This document shows positions 9,253 to 20,545 of a stretch of 29,110 bases of DNA, piece by piece. The stretch's first letter is position 1. Each line of letters begins with the position of its first letter. The notes under the pieces were generated by a model. That model saw only the letters and a program-made list of their open reading frames with translations. It did not search any database and was not told where the DNA came from. This DNA comes from Streptosporangiaceae bacterium. GTDB lineage: Bacteria; Actinomycetota; Actinomycetes; Streptosporangiales; Streptosporangiaceae. Where the stretch lies: positions 1 to 29,110 of the forward strand of contig DASPZH010000029.1 of the NCBI GenBank assembly GCA_035636335.1, written 5' to 3'. Both the position numbers and the translations under genes were made by a program.

Positions 9253-9881
9253 GCCGGCGCACCGCCCTCGCCCGTGCTGCCCGGCCCGGCATCATCGGCC
9301 CCGCCCGCATCATCGGCCTCGCCGCTGCCGCGGCTCCGGGCGAGCATGCTCAGCAGGTCGGCGGGCTGGGCGGCGGCGAACGACGGCCCCAGGCGGTAGT
9401 AGTCCACCTCGGAGTCGCCGAGCCGCATCGGGTGCGGCGGCGCCTCCATGCCCGGTTGGAGCGGCGCGACAAGCTGCTCCTTGGTCCAGATCAGGCTCTC
9501 CCGGTCGTCGTCGGCAAGCTCGTAGTCGTTTGTCATCGTCAGCGCCCGGGTCGGGCACGCCTCGACGCACAGGCCGCACAGGATGCAGCGCAGGTAGTTG
9601 ATCTGGTACACGACGCCGTACCGCTCGCCCGGCGAGTACCGCTCGGCGTCGGTGTTGCTGGCGCCCTCGACGTAGATCGCGTCGGCCGGGCAGGCCCAGG
9701 CGCACAGCTCGCACCCGATGCACTTCTCCAGGCCGTCCGGCCACCGGTTGAGCTGGTGCCGGCCGTGGAACCGCGGAGCGGTCGGCCGCCTGCGCTCCGG
9801 GTACTCGACGGTGTCCACCTTGCGGAACATCTGCCGGAAGGTGACGGCGAATCCCTTGACCGGGTTGAGGAAGTCAAGCAC
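9249..9881 (-). CDS. nuoI: NADH-quinone oxidoreductase subunit I
   Basis: Two 4Fe-4S motifs, [12 protein letters not shown] and [12 protein letters not shown]. Confidence 0.97.
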   Translation of the reverse strand: MLDFLNPVKGFAVTFRQMFRKVDTVEYPERRRPTAPRFHGRHQLNRWPDGLEKCIGCELCAWACPADAIYVEGASNTDAERYSPGERYGVVYQINYLRCILCGLCVEACPTRALTMTNDYELADDDRESLIWTKEQLVAPLQPGMEAPPHPMRLGDSEVDYYRLGPSFAAAQPADLLSMLARSRGSGEADDAGGADDAGPGSTGEGGAPA

Positions 9882-11271
9882 CGGTGACCTCCTTCACGCC
9901 GGCATCCGGCTCCGCGCTGTCTTCCAGCCCGGTCAGGCCGGGCGACAGGCCGTGGTAGTGCGGGAGGTCCATCGGCGGCACCGGGAACGCGCCCGCGTCG
10001 GTCTCGGCCGCCTCGTCCTCCATCGCCGCGCGCCGCTCGGCGGCCCGCTCGGCGGCGAAGTCCCAGGCGAAGGCCAGCGCGAGCAGGACGAGCACGATCC
10101 CGCCGCCGACCACGTAGACCCCGGTGCTGCCGCCCTGGCGGCGCCAGACCCGCAAGGTGGCGATCAGCAGCGTCCAGGCCAGCGCGGCCGGGATGAGGAT
10201 CTTCCAGCCGAGCGCCATGAGCTGGTCGTACCTGATCCGCGGCAGCGACCCGCGCAGCCAGATGAACAGGAAGAGGAACCCGACCATCTTGCCGAGGAAC
10301 CATAGCGCCGGCCACCAGCCGCTGTTGGCGCCGGACCAGACCGAGATCGGCCAGACCGCGTGCCAGCCGCCGAGGAACAGCGTGGCGGCCAGCGCCGACA
10401 CGGTGAGCATGTTCACGTACTCGGCCAGGTAGAACAGCGCGAACTTCAGCGACGAGTACTCGGTGTGGAAGCCGCCCACCAGTTCGCCCTCGCCCTCGGG
10501 CAGGTCGAACGGCAGCCGGTTGGTCTCGCCGACCATGGTGATCGCGTAGATCACGAACGACGGCAGCAGCAGCACCGCGAACCACGACGGGTAGTGCAGC
10601 GTCACGCCGAACAGGTGCCATGGCGCCCCGTGCGCCTGGGCCGCGACGATCTGGGAGGTGGACAGCGACCCGGCGTACAGGAAGACCGGCACGAACGAGA
10701 TCCCCATCGCGATCTCGTAGCTGATCACCTGCGCCGACGACCGCAGCCCGCCGAGCAGCGAGTACGGCGAGACCGACGCCCAGCCCGCGAGCACGATCCC
10801 GTAGACGCCCATCGAGCTCATCGCGAGCACGAGGAGCACGGCGACGGGGAGGTCGGCGAGCTGCAGCGGGGTGTGGTGCCCGAAGATCGACACCACCGGG
10901 CCGACCGGGATGATCGCGAAGCTGATGAACGCGGGAATCGCCGCGATCGCCGGCGCCAGCACGAACAGGACCTTGTCGACGCCGCGCGGGATGATGTCCT
11001 CCTTCAGCGGCAGCTTGATGCCGTCCATCAGGGACTGGAGCAGGCCGAACTTGCCTGCCCGGTTGGGCCCGGGACGCTGTTGCATCCGGCCGATCACCCG
11101 GCGCTCAGCCCAGATCATCATCAGCGTCGTGAGCATGAGGAACGCGAAGACCGCCAGCACCTTGATCGCGGTCAGCCACCACGGGTCGTGGTCGATCAGC
11201 GCCGTGCTGCTGACCACGGGGGTCGACGCGTTTCCGCTGGCCAGCCAGGCCAGGTCGAGCCGGGCAGTCAT
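9874..11271 (-). CDS. nuoH: NADH-quinone oxidoreductase subunit H
   Basis: [44 protein letters not shown]...EYS. ATG 11271 overlaps the nuoG stop. Confidence 0.97.
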   Translation of the reverse strand: MTARLDLAWLASGNASTPVVSSTALIDHDPWWLTAIKVLAVFAFLMLTTLMMIWAERRVIGRMQQRPGPNRAGKFGLLQSLMDGIKLPLKEDIIPRGVDKVLFVLAPAIAAIPAFISFAIIPVGPVVSIFGHHTPLQLADLPVAVLLVLAMSSMGVYGIVLAGWASVSPYSLLGGLRSSAQVISYEIAMGISFVPVFLYAGSLSTSQIVAAQAHGAPWHLFGVTLHYPSWFAVLLLPSFVIYAITMVGETNRLPFDLPEGEGELVGGFHTEYSSLKFALFYLAEYVNMLTVSALAATLFLGGWHAVWPISVWSGANSGWWPALWFLGKMVGFLFLFIWLRGSLPRIRYDQLMALGWKILIPAALAWTLLIATLRVWRRQGGSTGVYVVGGGIVLVLLALAFAWDFAAERAAERRAAMEDEAAETDAGAFPVPPMDLPHYHGLSPGLTGLEDSAEPDAGVKEVTGA

Positions 11272-13712
11272 TCGGCGCTCCTCACCGTCACGAGGCTGCC
11301 GTGGCCGGCGCCGAGGTCGCGCCTGACCGAGCAGCCCGCGGAGTTCGTCGGCAGCCACACCACCCGGTCCGGCATGTCCGTGATCTCGACCGGCACGCGG
11401 ATCGCGCCGAAGCTGGTCGCCACGCTCACCTTCGCGCCTCCGGCCACGCCGGCCTCGGCCGCGGTCGCCGCCGACATCTTCGCCACCGCCGCGCGCGCGG
11501 TCCCGGCGAGGTTCGGCTCGCCGTCTTGCATCCGGCCGGCGTCGAGCAGATTATGCCAGGTCGCGAGCAACGCCTCGGCGGGACCCGGGACGGTGCCGCC
11601 GCGATGCCGGCCGGCCGGCCCCGTGCCTCCCGCGTCCTGGCCCGGCCGCCGGCCGGGCGCCGCGCCGAGCGCGGCGAGTTCGCGCCGCGCCGCCGCGGCG
11701 TCGGGCAGGCCCAGGTGGACGTCCATCGCGTCGGCGACCGCGCCGAGCACCTGCAGGTCGCCGCGAACGGCGGGAACCGCCAGCGCGCCGCCGAACTCGC
11801 CCGGCCTGCCCTCCCAGTTCACGAACGTGCCCGGCTTCTCGGCGACCGCCGCGACCGGGAAAACCACGTCGGCACGATCGGTAACCGGACTCGCCCGCAG
11901 TTCCAGGCTGACGACGAACCACGCCCGCTCGATCGCCGCCAGCGCGGCCCGCGGGTCGGGCAGGTCGGCCGGGTCGACCCCGCCGACGACGAGCGCCTTG
12001 ATCTGCCCCGCCGACACGGCGTCGAGTATCTGGCCGGTGTCCCTGCCGGGCGCGGCGGGTAGCGTGCCGGTACCCCATGCCCCGGCGACCTCGGACCTGG
12101 CCACGGCGTCGGTGACCGGGCGCCCGCCGGGCAGCAGCACGGGCAGCGCGCCGGCCTCGATGGCGCCCCGCTCGCCGGCCCGCCGCGGGATCCAGGCCAG
12201 CTTCGCGCCGGTCACCCCGGCGAGCACGGCAGCGGCCGGCAGCGCTCCCGGCACCTCGGCGAGCCGCTCCCCGGCCAGGATCACCGCTCCTGGCTGACGA
12301 AGCGCCTCGGCCGCGGCCGCGAAGCCTGACCGGTCATGATCGTTCGCGGCCTGCCTGGCCAGCCGGGCGAGCGCGTCGGCCTCGCCACCGGGCAGGGTCG
12401 GCAGCAAACTGCCCGCCATCCGCTCCAGGCCGGGGCTGGCCAGGGCCGCCACCGAGTACACCGCGGTGCGGCCCGACCTGACCGCCTTGCGCAGCCGCAG
12501 GAACACGATCGGCGACTCATCCTGCGGCTCGAACCCGGCCAGCAGCACCGCCGGCGCCCGCTGCAGGTCCGCGTAGGTGACGCCGGTGCCGGTGCCCGCG
12601 ACAGCGGCGGCCAGGAAGTCGGTCTCCTCCGCGCTGTGCGGCCTGGCCCGCATGTCGATGTCGTTGGTGGCCAGCGCGAGCCGGGCGAACTTGGCGTACG
12701 CGTAGGCGTCTTCGAGTGTGAGCCTGCCGCCGGTCAGCACCCCGGCCCGGCCGCGCGCGGCCGCCAGGCCGCGGGCGGCCACATCGAGCGCCTCCGGCCA
12801 CGACGCGGGCTTCAGTTCCCCGGCCTCGTCCCTGACCAGCGGCGTGGCCAGCCGGTCAGGCATCGTTGCGTAAGTAAATGCCCAGCGGCCCTTGTCACAG
12901 TTCCACTCCTCGTTCACCTCGGGCGCGCTGCCCGCCAGCCGGCGGGTGACCGCGCCGCGGCGGTGGTCGGTCCGCTGCCGGCAACCCGACGCGCAGTGCT
13001 CGCAGATGCTCGGAGTCGACACCAGGTCGTAGGGGCGGGCCCGGAACCGGTAGGACGCCCCGGTCAGCGCGCCGACCGGGCAGATCTGCACGGTGTTGCC
13101 GGAGAAGTAGGAGTCGAACGGCACGCCGTCGGCGACCCCGACCTGCTCTTGCGGGCCGCGCTCGATCAGGTCGATCAGCGGGTCGCCGGCGATCTGGTCG
13201 GCGAACCTGGTGCACCTGGCGCACTGCACGCAACGTTCCCGGTCTAGCAGCACCTGCGCGGACAGCGCGACCGGCTTGGCGAACGTCCGCTTCTGGCCGC
13301 CGAACCTGGTCTCGCCCGCCCCCGCCGTCATGGCCTGGTTCTGCAACGGGCACTCGCCGCCCTTGTCGCACATCGGGCAGTCAAGCGGGTGGTTCACCAG
13401 CAGCATCTCCATCACGCCGCGCTGCGCCTTCTCGGCGACCGGGGAGGTGAGCTGGGTGCGCACGACCATGCCGTCCGTGCAGACGGTGGTGCACGAGGCC
13501 GGCGGCTTGGGCTGGCCCTCGACCTGCACCAGGCACTGCCGGCAGGCTCCGACCGGGGCGAGCAGCGGGTGGTCGCAGAACCGCGGGATCTCGATGCCGA
13601 GCTGCTCGGCGGCCCTGATGATCAGCGTTCCCTTCGGGACGGTGATCTCGAATCCGTCGATCGTCACGTGCACGCCGTCGGCGGGCCTGGCTACCTCAGT
13701 CATCGCGGTCAT
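11268..13712 (-). CDS. nuoG: NADH-quinone oxidoreductase subunit G
   Basis: FCDH..CRQC (N1b), [14 protein letters not shown] (N5), CVQCARC..CPVG (N4), CEHCASGC..C (N7). ATG 13712 overlaps the nuoF stop. Confidence 0.97.
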   Translation of the reverse strand: MTAMTEVARPADGVHVTIDGFEITVPKGTLIIRAAEQLGIEIPRFCDHPLLAPVGACRQCLVQVEGQPKPPASCTTVCTDGMVVRTQLTSPVAEKAQRGVMEMLLVNHPLDCPMCDKGGECPLQNQAMTAGAGETRFGGQKRTFAKPVALSAQVLLDRERCVQCARCTRFADQIAGDPLIDLIERGPQEQVGVADGVPFDSYFSGNTVQICPVGALTGASYRFRARPYDLVSTPSICEHCASGCRQRTDHRRGAVTRRLAGSAPEVNEEWNCDKGRWAFTYATMPDRLATPLVRDEAGELKPASWPEALDVAARGLAAARGRAGVLTGGRLTLEDAYAYAKFARLALATNDIDMRARPHSAEETDFLAAAVAGTGTGVTYADLQRAPAVLLAGFEPQDESPIVFLRLRKAVRSGRTAVYSVAALASPGLERMAGSLLPTLPGGEADALARLARQAANDHDRSGFAAAAEALRQPGAVILAGERLAEVPGALPAAAVLAGVTGAKLAWIPRRAGERGAIEAGALPVLLPGGRPVTDAVARSEVAGAWGTGTLPAAPGRDTGQILDAVSAGQIKALVVGGVDPADLPDPRAALAAIERAWFVVSLELRASPVTDRADVVFPVAAVAEKPGTFVNWEGRPGEFGGALAVPAVRGDLQVLGAVADAMDVHLGLPDAAAARRELAALGAAPGRRPGQDAGGTGPAGRHRGGTVPGPAEALLATWHNLLDAGRMQDGEPNLAGTARAAVAKMSAATAAEAGVAGGAKVSVATSFGAIRVPVEITDMPDRVVWLPTNSAGCSVRRDLGAGHGSLVTVRSAE

Positions 13713-15040
13713 GACCTTCCAGCAAACAGGGTCGAGGCGGCGGGGTCGAACGGGCAGCCTCCGTGCTTGGAGTGCTCGAGGTACTCGTCCCTGAAGTGCT
13801 TGATCGACGAGACCACCGGGCTGATGGCGCCGTCGCCGAACGGGCAGAACGCCCGGCCGAGTATGTTGTCGCAGATGTCGAGCAGCTTGTCCAGGTCGGC
13901 GTCGCTGCCCTCGCCGCGTTCCAGCGAGTCGAGGACCTGGACGATCCAGTAGGTACCCTCGCGGCACGGCGTGCACTTGCCGCACGACTCGTGCTGGTAG
14001 AACTCCATCCAGCGCAGGGTGGCGCGGACCACGCAGGTCGTCTCGTCGAAGATCTGCAGCGCGCGGGTTCCGAGCATGGACCCGGCGGCGCCGACGGACT
14101 CGAAGTCCAGCGACACGTCGAGGTGCTCGTGGGTGAAGATCGGCGTCGACGACCCGCCCGGCGTCCAGAACTTCAGCCGGTGGCCGGCCCGCACCCCGCC
14201 GGCCAGCGACAGCAGTTCGCGCAGCGTCACGCCGAGCGGCGCCTCGTACTGGCCGGGCGTCGTGACGTGCCCGGACAGCGAGAAGATGCCGAACCCCTTG
14301 GACTTCTCCGTGCCGAGCGCGGCGAAGGCGCCCGCGCCGCGGGCGACGATATAGGGGACGCTCGCGATCGACTCGACGTTGTTGACCACGGTCGGGCAGG
14401 CGTACAGGCCCTCGATCGCCGGGAACGGCGGCTTGAGCCTGGGCTGGCCGCGGAACCCCTCGAGCGAGTCGAGCAGCGCGGTTTCTTCGCCGCACTCGTA
14501 GGCGCCCGCCCCGGCGTGAACGGTGACGTCAAGGCTGAAACCAGATCCCAGGATGTTTTCGCCCAGGTACCCGGCCTGGTAGGCCTCCGCGACCGCGTGG
14601 TGCACGCGCCTGACCACGTGCAGCACCTCGCCCCGCACGTAGATGAACGCCCGGCGCGCCCGGATCGCGTAGGCCGCGATGATCGCGCCCTCCACCAGCG
14701 AGTGCGGCGTCGCCAGCATGATCGGGATGTCCTTGCAGGTGCCGGGCTCCGACTCGTCGGCGTTGACGACGAGGTAGTGCGGCTTGCCGTCGCCCTGCGG
14801 GATGAAGCCCCACTTCACGCCGGTGGGGAAGCCCGCGCCGCCGCGGCCGCGCAGTCCGGACTGCTTCACGATCGCGATGACCTCGTCCGGCGGCGTCGTC
14901 AGGGCCTTGGGCAGCGCCCGGTAGCCGCCGGCCCGGCGGTACCCGGCCAGGGTGAACGAGTCAGGCTCGTCCCAGCGCGCGGTGAGCTCCGGGGTAAGTA
15001 CGGTGTTCGAACCCGACGGGTTCGATGGCACGGGTGTCAC
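13709..15040 (-). CDS. nuoF: NADH-quinone oxidoreductase subunit F
   Basis: [51 protein letters not shown] 15040 overlaps the nuoE stop. Confidence 0.97.
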   Translation of the reverse strand: MTPVPSNPSGSNTVLTPELTARWDEPDSFTLAGYRRAGGYRALPKALTTPPDEVIAIVKQSGLRGRGGAGFPTGVKWGFIPQGDGKPHYLVVNADESEPGTCKDIPIMLATPHSLVEGAIIAAYAIRARRAFIYVRGEVLHVVRRVHHAVAEAYQAGYLGENILGSGFSLDVTVHAGAGAYECGEETALLDSLEGFRGQPRLKPPFPAIEGLYACPTVVNNVESIASVPYIVARGAGAFAALGTEKSKGFGIFSLSGHVTTPGQYEAPLGVTLRELLSLAGGVRAGHRLKFWTPGGSSTPIFTHEHLDVSLDFESVGAAGSMLGTRALQIFDETTCVVRATLRWMEFYQHESCGKCTPCREGTYWIVQVLDSLERGEGSDADLDKLLDICDNILGRAFCPFGDGAISPVVSSIKHFRDEYLEHSKHGGCPFDPAASTLFAGRS

Positions 15041-15738
15041 GGCCGCTCCCTGCTGGCTGCGGACGGGGCGGAGTCCGCGCCGCCCCCTGACTCGGGAGTC
15101 CAGCCGTTCTCCCGCGCGATCCGCAGCCCGGCCAGGGTCGGCTGGCCGGCGGTGTGCCCGGTCGTGGCCTGGTCGTCGGGGTATCCGGCCAGGATGGTGG
15201 CCGCCTCGCGCCAGGTGACCAGCCGGCCGGCGCCCCGGTCCGGGGCGATGTCCGCGCCCGCGCGCAGGCCGTCGACGAGCTCCCGCGCCGACTCGGGCGT
15301 CTGGTTGTCGAAGAACTCCCAGTTCACCATCACGACGGGGGCGTAGTCGCAGGCCGCGTTGCACTCCACCCGCTCCACGCTGACCTTGCCGTCGGCGGTG
15401 GGCTCGTCGCCCTCGATGCCCAGGTGCCTGCGCAGCTCGGCGTGGATGACGTCGCCGCCCATGATCGCGCACAGAGTGTTGGTGCAGACCCCGACGTGGT
15501 ACTCGCCGACCGGCCGCCGCTTGTACATCGTGTAGAACGACACCACCGCGGTGACCTCGGCCTCCGACAGGCCGAGCTGCCCGGCGCAGAACGCGATCCC
15601 GTCGCCGGAGACGAAACCCTCCGCCGCCTGGACCAGGTGCAGCAGCGGGAGCAGCGCCGACCGCGACTTCGGGTACCTGGCGATGATCTCCGCGGCCCGC
15701 TCGGCCAGCTCGGCGCGCTCCTGGTCGGTGAAGGCCAT
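15037..15738 (-). CDS. nuoE: NADH-quinone oxidoreductase subunit E
   Basis: RSALLPLLH, FYTMY, VCTNTLC, ECNAACDYAP (2Fe-2S N1a). ATG 15738 overlaps the nuoD TAA. Confidence 0.96.
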   Translation of the reverse strand: MAFTDQERAELAERAAEIIARYPKSRSALLPLLHLVQAAEGFVSGDGIAFCAGQLGLSEAEVTAVVSFYTMYKRRPVGEYHVGVCTNTLCAIMGGDVIHAELRRHLGIEGDEPTADGKVSVERVECNAACDYAPVVMVNWEFFDNQTPESARELVDGLRAGADIAPDRGAGRLVTWREAATILAGYPDDQATTGHTAGQPTLAGLRIARENGWTPESGGGADSAPSAASRERP

Positions 15739-17144
15739 TACCTGTCCACTCCCCCCATCACCGGGTCGATGCTGGCCACGGCCGCGATCACGTCGGCCAC
15801 CATGCCGCCCTCGCACATCACCGACACCGACTGCAGGTTGGTGAACGAGGGGTCGCGGAAGTGCACGCGGTACGGCCGGGTGCCGCCGTCGCTGACGGCG
15901 TGGCAGCCGAGCTCGCCGCGCGGTGACTCGACGGCCGCGTACACCTGGCCGGCGGGAACCCTGAAGCCCTCGGTGACCAGCTTGAAGTGGTGGATCAGCG
16001 CCTCCATCGACTGGCTCATGATGTGCGCGATGTGGTCGGCCGAGTTGCCCAGGCCGTCGGGCCCCACCGCGAGCTGGGCCGGCCAGCCGATCTTCGCGTT
16101 CCCGACCATGACCGGGTCGTCCGCGGGCCGCGGCGCGGCCAGCCGGTCGACGCACTGCTCGATGATCCGCAGCGACTGGTCGATCTCGTCCATCCGCACC
16201 AGGTACCGGCCGTAGGCGTCGCAGCCCTCCTGCGTGGGCACGTCGAAGTCGTACGTCTCGTAACCGCAGTACGGCTGGCTCTTGCGCAGGTCCCACGGCA
16301 GCCCGGTGGCGCGCAGGATCGGTCCGGTGACGCCGAGCGCCATGCAGCCGGTCAGGTCGAGGAACGCGACATCCCTGGTACGGCGCATGTAGACCGGGTT
16401 GACGTCGAACAGCGCGCGGATCTCGCCGACCAGGCCCGGCATGACGCCGAGGAACTCCCTGAGCTTTTCCAGCGCACCCGACGGCAGGTCCGCCAAGACG
16501 CCGCCCGGCCTGATGTAGGCGTGGTTCATCCGGAGCCCGGTGATGAGCTCGAGCAGGTCGAGCACCTTCTCGCGCTCGCGCATGCCGTACAGGAACACCG
16601 TCGTGGCGCCGACTTCCAGGCCGAAGGTCCCGACCGCGGTCAGGTGCGAGGCGATCCGGTTGAGCTCCATCATCAGCACGCGCAGGACGGTGGCCCGCTC
16701 GGGAACCTGATCGGTGATCCCGAGCAGCCTCTCGGTAGCCAGGCAGTACGCGGTCTCGTTGAACAGCGGCGACAGGTAGTCCATCCTGGTGCAGAACGTG
16801 ACCCCCTGCGTCCAGGTGCGGAACTCCATGCTCTTCTCGATGCCGGTGTGCAGGTAGCCGATCACCGGCCGCAGTTCGGTGACGGTCTCCCCGTCGAGGG
16901 TGAGGATGAGCCTGAGCACGCCGTGTGTCGACGGATGCTGCGGGCCCATGTTGACGATCAGGCGCTCGTCCCGCCCGCTGTCGCTGGCCTCGTCGGCCGC
17001 CGCGACGATCTCGTCCCAGTCCTGCCCGCCGACGCTGTAGACCCGCCCCTCGGCTGCTGTATCGGCCCGGGGGGGCGACCCCCCGGAACCCCCCGCCGTG
17101 CCGGGCCGGGGAGGAGCGCCCGGATCGCCGGTTTGCGTGCTCAC
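15738..17144 (-). CDS. nuoD: NADH-quinone oxidoreductase subunit D
   Basis: [45 protein letters not shown] 17144 overlaps the nuoC stop. Confidence 0.97.
   Translation of the reverse strand: MSTQTGDPGAPPRPGTAGGSGGSPPRADTAAEGRVYSVGGQDWDEIVAAADEASDSGRDERLIVNMGPQHPSTHGVLRLILTLDGETVTELRPVIGYLHTGIEKSMEFRTWTQGVTFCTRMDYLSPLFNETAYCLATERLLGITDQVPERATVLRVLMMELNRIASHLTAVGTFGLEVGATTVFLYGMREREKVLDLLELITGLRMNHAYIRPGGVLADLPSGALEKLREFLGVMPGLVGEIRALFDVNPVYMRRTRDVAFLDLTGCMALGVTGPILRATGLPWDLRKSQPYCGYETYDFDVPTQEGCDAYGRYLVRMDEIDQSLRIIEQCVDRLAAPRPADDPVMVGNAKIGWPAQLAVGPDGLGNSADHIAHIMSQSMEALIHHFKLVTEGFRVPAGQVYAAVESPRGELGCHAVSDGGTRPYRVHFRDPSFTNLQSVSVMCEGGMVADVIAAVASIDPVMGGVDR
17063..17108. repeat. REP-like palindromic element inside the 5' extension of nuoD
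   Basis: CGGCCCGG...CCGGGCCG outer inverted repeat enclosing GGGGGGGCGACCCCCCGGAACCCCCC. Confidence 0.6.
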
Positions 17145-17917
17145 GCGTACGACCTCCGCTCGTCGGGCGGCGGGATGGTGGCGCCGCGGTACTCGACACC
17201 GATCCCGCCGAGCGGATAGTCCTTGCGCTGCGGGTGGCCCTTCCAGTCGTCCGGCATCTCGATTCTGGTCAGCGCCGGGTGACCGTCGAAGATGAGGCCG
17301 AAGAAGTCCCAGGTCTCCCGCTCGTGCCAGTCGTTGGTGGGATACACCTCGACGAGGGAAGGAACGTGCGGGTCGGCGTCGGGCGCCGTGACCTCCAGCC
17401 GAAGCCGCCGGTTCCTGGAGATCGAGAGCAGGTGATAGACCGCGTGCAGTTCGCTGCCCGCTTCCGATGGGTAGTGCGTGCCCGAGACTCCCAGGCACAT
17501 CTCGAACGCCAGCGCGGGGTCGTCGCGCAGCCTCCTGGCGACCTCGACGAGGCGCTCGCGCCGGACGTACATCGTCAGCTCGCCGTGGGCGGCCACCACC
17601 CGTTCCACGGCGTCGCCGAAACTCAGCCCGTCCGCCTCGAGCGCGCCGCCGAGCGCGTCGGCGACCTCGTCGAAGTACGAGCCGTACGGCCGCTCGCTGG
17701 CCAGCGGCGGCGGCCGCCTGACCTTGAGCCCGCCGTAGCCCGACGTGTCGCCCGTCGTGTCGGTGCCGAACGCGCCCGTGCGGACAACCTGCTCGCCCAG
17801 CCGCTCACGGCCGGCGACCTCGGCCGCGTCGGCGCCGGCGCCCTGCGTTCCCGGCTTCGCGTCGCCCGGCTTCGCGTCGCCCGCGTCGCCCGGCTTCGAG
17901 TTGGCGGGCCCGGTCAC
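17141..17917 (-). CDS. nuoC: NADH-quinone oxidoreductase subunit C
   Basis: [37 protein letters not shown] 17917 overlaps the nuoB stop. Confidence 0.96.
   Translation of the reverse strand: MTGPANSKPGDAGDAKPGDAKPGTQGAGADAAEVAGRERLGEQVVRTGAFGTDTTGDTSGYGGLKVRRPPPLASERPYGSYFDEVADALGGALEADGLSFGDAVERVVAAHGELTMYVRRERLVEVARRLRDDPALAFEMCLGVSGTHYPSEAGSELHAVYHLLSISRNRRLRLEVTAPDADPHVPSLVEVYPTNDWHERETWDFFGLIFDGHPALTRIEMPDDWKGHPQRKDYPLGGIGVEYRGATIPPPDERRSYA
17850..17897. repeat. 15-bp in-frame tandem repeat in the nuoC 5' end (KPGDA units)
   Basis: CCCGGCTTCGCGTCG x2 plus partial copies, encoding [16 protein letters not shown]. Confidence 0.8.
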
Positions 17918-18489
17918 TGCTCCGCCTCCGCCCGTCCGGCGGACGCCCGGAGGGACGGCAGCAGCGGCAGCCTGCGCAGCCTGGCCTGCTCGAGCTCGGT
18001 GATCTGCTTCTCCCGGTTGGCGCCGAGCTTCATGTTCTGGATCTTGTCGTGCAGCTTGACGATCGCGTCGATCAGCATCTCCGGCCGCGGCGGGCAGCCG
18101 GGCAGGTAGATATCGACCGGCACGATATGGTCGACGCCCTGCACGATCGCGTAGTTGTTGAACATCCCGCCGCTCGACGCGCACACGCCCATGGAGATGA
18201 CCCACTTGGGCTCGGCCATCTGGTCGTAGATCTGGCGCAGCACCGGGGCCATCTTCTGGCTCACCCGGCCGGCCACGATCATCAGGTCGGCCTGGCGCGG
18301 GGTGTTCGACGCGCGCTCCATGCCGAACCTGGCCAGGTCGTGCCGAGGGCCGCCGGTCGACATCAGCTCGATGGCGCAGCACGCCAGCCCGAAGGTGGCC
18401 GGCCAGACCGAGGACTTACGCGCGTAGCCGGCCAGCTTCTCGACCGAGGTCAGCAGTATGCCGCTCGGCAGCTTCTCCTCAAGACCCAT
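17914..18489 (-). CDS. nuoB: NADH-quinone oxidoreductase subunit B
   Basis: [33 protein letters not shown] (N2 cluster ligands). Confidence 0.97.
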   Translation of the reverse strand: MGLEEKLPSGILLTSVEKLAGYARKSSVWPATFGLACCAIELMSTGGPRHDLARFGMERASNTPRQADLMIVAGRVSQKMAPVLRQIYDQMAEPKWVISMGVCASSGGMFNNYAIVQGVDHIVPVDIYLPGCPPRPEMLIDAIVKLHDKIQNMKLGANREKQITELEQARLRRLPLLPSLRASAGRAEAEQ

Positions 18490-18491
18490 GG

Positions 18492-18848
18492 CTAATCCCA
18501 CTCCAGACCGCCGCGCCGCCATACGTAGACGTACGCGACAAGCACGGTTGCGACGAAGGTGACCATCTCGACCAGGCCGAACAGCCCGAGACGGTCGAAC
18601 GCGACCGCCCACGGGTACAGGAAGATGATCTCGATGTCGAAGACGATGAACAGCATCGCCGTGAGGTAGTACTTCACCGGGAACCTGATCCCGGCCGGCT
18701 GGCGGGTCGGCTCGATGCCGCACTCGTAGGCCTCGAGCTTGGCCCGGTTCCACCGCTTGGGGCCGGCGACCGATCCCATCATCAGCGAGAACAGGGCGAA
18801 GACGGCGGACAGGGCACCGAGCACCACTATCGGCACGTAGTAGCTCAT
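18492..18848 (-). CDS. nuoA: NADH-quinone oxidoreductase subunit A
   Basis: [32 protein letters not shown] precedes ATG 18848. Confidence 0.97.
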   Translation of the reverse strand: MSYYVPIVVLGALSAVFALFSLMMGSVAGPKRWNRAKLEAYECGIEPTRQPAGIRFPVKYYLTAMLFIVFDIEIIFLYPWAVAFDRLGLFGLVEMVTFVATVLVAYVYVWRRGGLEWD

Positions 18849-18968
18849 CGGCTCCTCCACCCCCTTGTCCTGCCGCCTGGCCACCTGGCCGGACGGTCTT
18901 GCGTATCTGGCTGTCGCATGTCTCGCGCCGCGCTGCCGCGCCGCGCCGCGGGCGGCGGCCGCCAAGTG

Positions 18969-20408
18969 CTATGCCGCGGGCGACATCTTAGACAGTGCGT
19001 TGATGACGCGGTCGACGGCATCGCCGCCGCGCGGTTCGGTCAGGTTACCCAGCAGCTTCATCGTCATCCGCATCACCGCCGGGCGCTTGATCCCGTGCCG
19101 GGTGGCGAACTTCATGAACGACGGGTGGCCTATTGCCTTCACGAACGTCCGGCCGAGAGTGTAGTAGCCGCCGTAGGCATCCTTCAGCGCGGCCGGGTAA
19201 GACTGGAGCACGCGCTCGGTCCCGGCCGCCGTCGGCCTGGCCAGCGCCTGGACGACCGAGCGCGCGGCGAGCTCGCCGGACTCCATCGCGTACGCGATGC
19301 CCTCGCCGTTGAACGGGTTCACCATTCCGCCCGCGTCGCCGACCAGGATCAGGCCGCGGGTGTAGTGCGGTGTCCGGTTGAAGCCCATCGGCAGTGCGGC
19401 GCCGCGCACCGGCTGGGTCCTGTTCTCCTCGACCAGGCCCCACTCCGCTGGCATCGCGCCGAGCCAGCGCTGCAGCAGCGCCCGGTAGTCGATGTTGCCG
19501 AACGCGTCGGAGGTGTTCAGCAGGCCGAGACCGACGTTGCTTGTCCCGTCGCCCATCCCGAATATCCAGCCGTAGCCGGGCAGTAGCTGCTGGCCGTCCC
19601 ACAGGTCGAGCCACGCCTCGAGGTAGTCGTCGTCGTGCCTGGGGCTGGTGTAGTACGTCCTGACCGCGACGCCGAGCGGCCGGTCGGTCCGCTTATGCAG
19701 GCCCATCGATACCGACAGCCGCGAGGAGTTACCGTCGGCCGCGAGGACGACACGGGCACCGAAGGTTCGTTGCGCCCCCTCTGGCTTCTTCGACGCCCGC
19801 CCGGCGCCTTCCGCCGGCGGTGCCGCCTCGCGCGCGGTCACTCCGGTGACCCGGCCGGTCCGCTCGTCGAGCACCGGGCCGGTGACCGTGATGTTCTCGA
19901 GCAGCCTGACGCCCGCCTTCTGCGCGTGCCTGGCGAGCATCTCGTCGAAGTCGGACCTGGTCCTGACCGTGCCGTAGCCGGGGTAGGAGGACAGGTCCGG
20001 CCAGCCGAGCTCGATCCGCCCGCCGCCGCCGATGATGCGCAGGCCCTTGTTAATCAGCCAGCCGTCGTCCTCGCCGACGGAGATGCCCATCGACGTGAGC
20101 GCCTTGACCGCGCGCGGGGTCAGCCCGTCGCCGCAGACCTTCTCCCGCGGGAAGCTGGTCTTCTCAAGCAGCAGCACGTCGAGCCCGGCCGTGGCCAGGT
20201 GGTAGGCGGCGGCCGACCCGCTGGGCCCGGCGCCGACGACGATGACGTCCGCCGTGTCACAGGACGTGGCGACCGCCCCGGTGCGGCGCGCTCGCTGACC
20301 GCCGGGGTTCTCGCCGCGCGAACCCGGTCCGCGCTCGGTGCCGGCGTTCCGGCGGTCGGCCTGGTCCGTGTGGCTAGCCGGGGTCGCCGGGGGGTACTGC
20401 TCGCTCAC
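18969..20408 (-). CDS. menJ: Geranylgeranyl-reductase-family FAD enzyme, probable menaquinone isoprenyl reductase
   Basis: [10 protein letters not shown] (FAD), [36 protein letters not shown]. Lies between menG and nuoA. GTG 20408 start is inferred. Confidence 0.82.
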   Translation of the reverse strand: MSEQYPPATPASHTDQADRRNAGTERGPGSRGENPGGQRARRTGAVATSCDTADVIVVGAGPSGSAAAYHLATAGLDVLLLEKTSFPREKVCGDGLTPRAVKALTSMGISVGEDDGWLINKGLRIIGGGGRIELGWPDLSSYPGYGTVRTRSDFDEMLARHAQKAGVRLLENITVTGPVLDERTGRVTGVTAREAAPPAEGAGRASKKPEGAQRTFGARVVLAADGNSSRLSVSMGLHKRTDRPLGVAVRTYYTSPRHDDDYLEAWLDLWDGQQLLPGYGWIFGMGDGTSNVGLGLLNTSDAFGNIDYRALLQRWLGAMPAEWGLVEENRTQPVRGAALPMGFNRTPHYTRGLILVGDAGGMVNPFNGEGIAYAMESGELAARSVVQALARPTAAGTERVLQSYPAALKDAYGGYYTLGRTFVKAIGHPSFMKFATRHGIKRPAVMRMTMKLLGNLTEPRGGDAVDRVINALSKMSPAA

Positions 20409-20425
20409 TGACCCGTCCGCCAATC

Positions 20426-20443
20426 TTGTGAACACCTTCACAA
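20426..20443. promoter_or_regulatory. Rex operator (NADH/NAD+-sensing repressor site)
   Basis: TTGTGAA-CACC-TTCACAA, a perfect match to TTGTGAA-N4-TTCACAA; the arms extend to CTTGTGAA/TTCACAAG (20425-20444). Confidence 0.88.
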
Positions 20444-20457
20444 GTACAGATTCCGAC

Positions 20458-20463
20458 AGTCTA
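20458..20463 (-). promoter_or_regulatory. Housekeeping-sigma -10 box for the menJ-nuo transcript
   Basis: TAGACT on the minus strand, 14 nt upstream of the Rex operator core. No clear -35 box. Confidence 0.6.
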
Positions 20464-20522
20464 GCCCGTAGCCGCTGATCGCAGGAGCCACCCCCGAGGC
20501 CGTGCTCCCCGGCCCGCCCGGA

Positions 20523-20544
20523 GCTCCGCCGGGGCTCCGCCGGG
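20523..20544. repeat. Exact 11-bp tandem duplication after the menG stop
   Basis: GCTCCGCCGGG x2, overlapping the palindrome CGGAGCTCCG (20519-20528). Confidence 0.7.
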
Positions 20545-20545
20545 C

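Noticed and set aside
15003-15025. tRNA T-arm-like GTTCGAACCC
   Set aside because: It lies inside nuoF, with no cloverleaf or CCA end; it is part of a simple palindrome.
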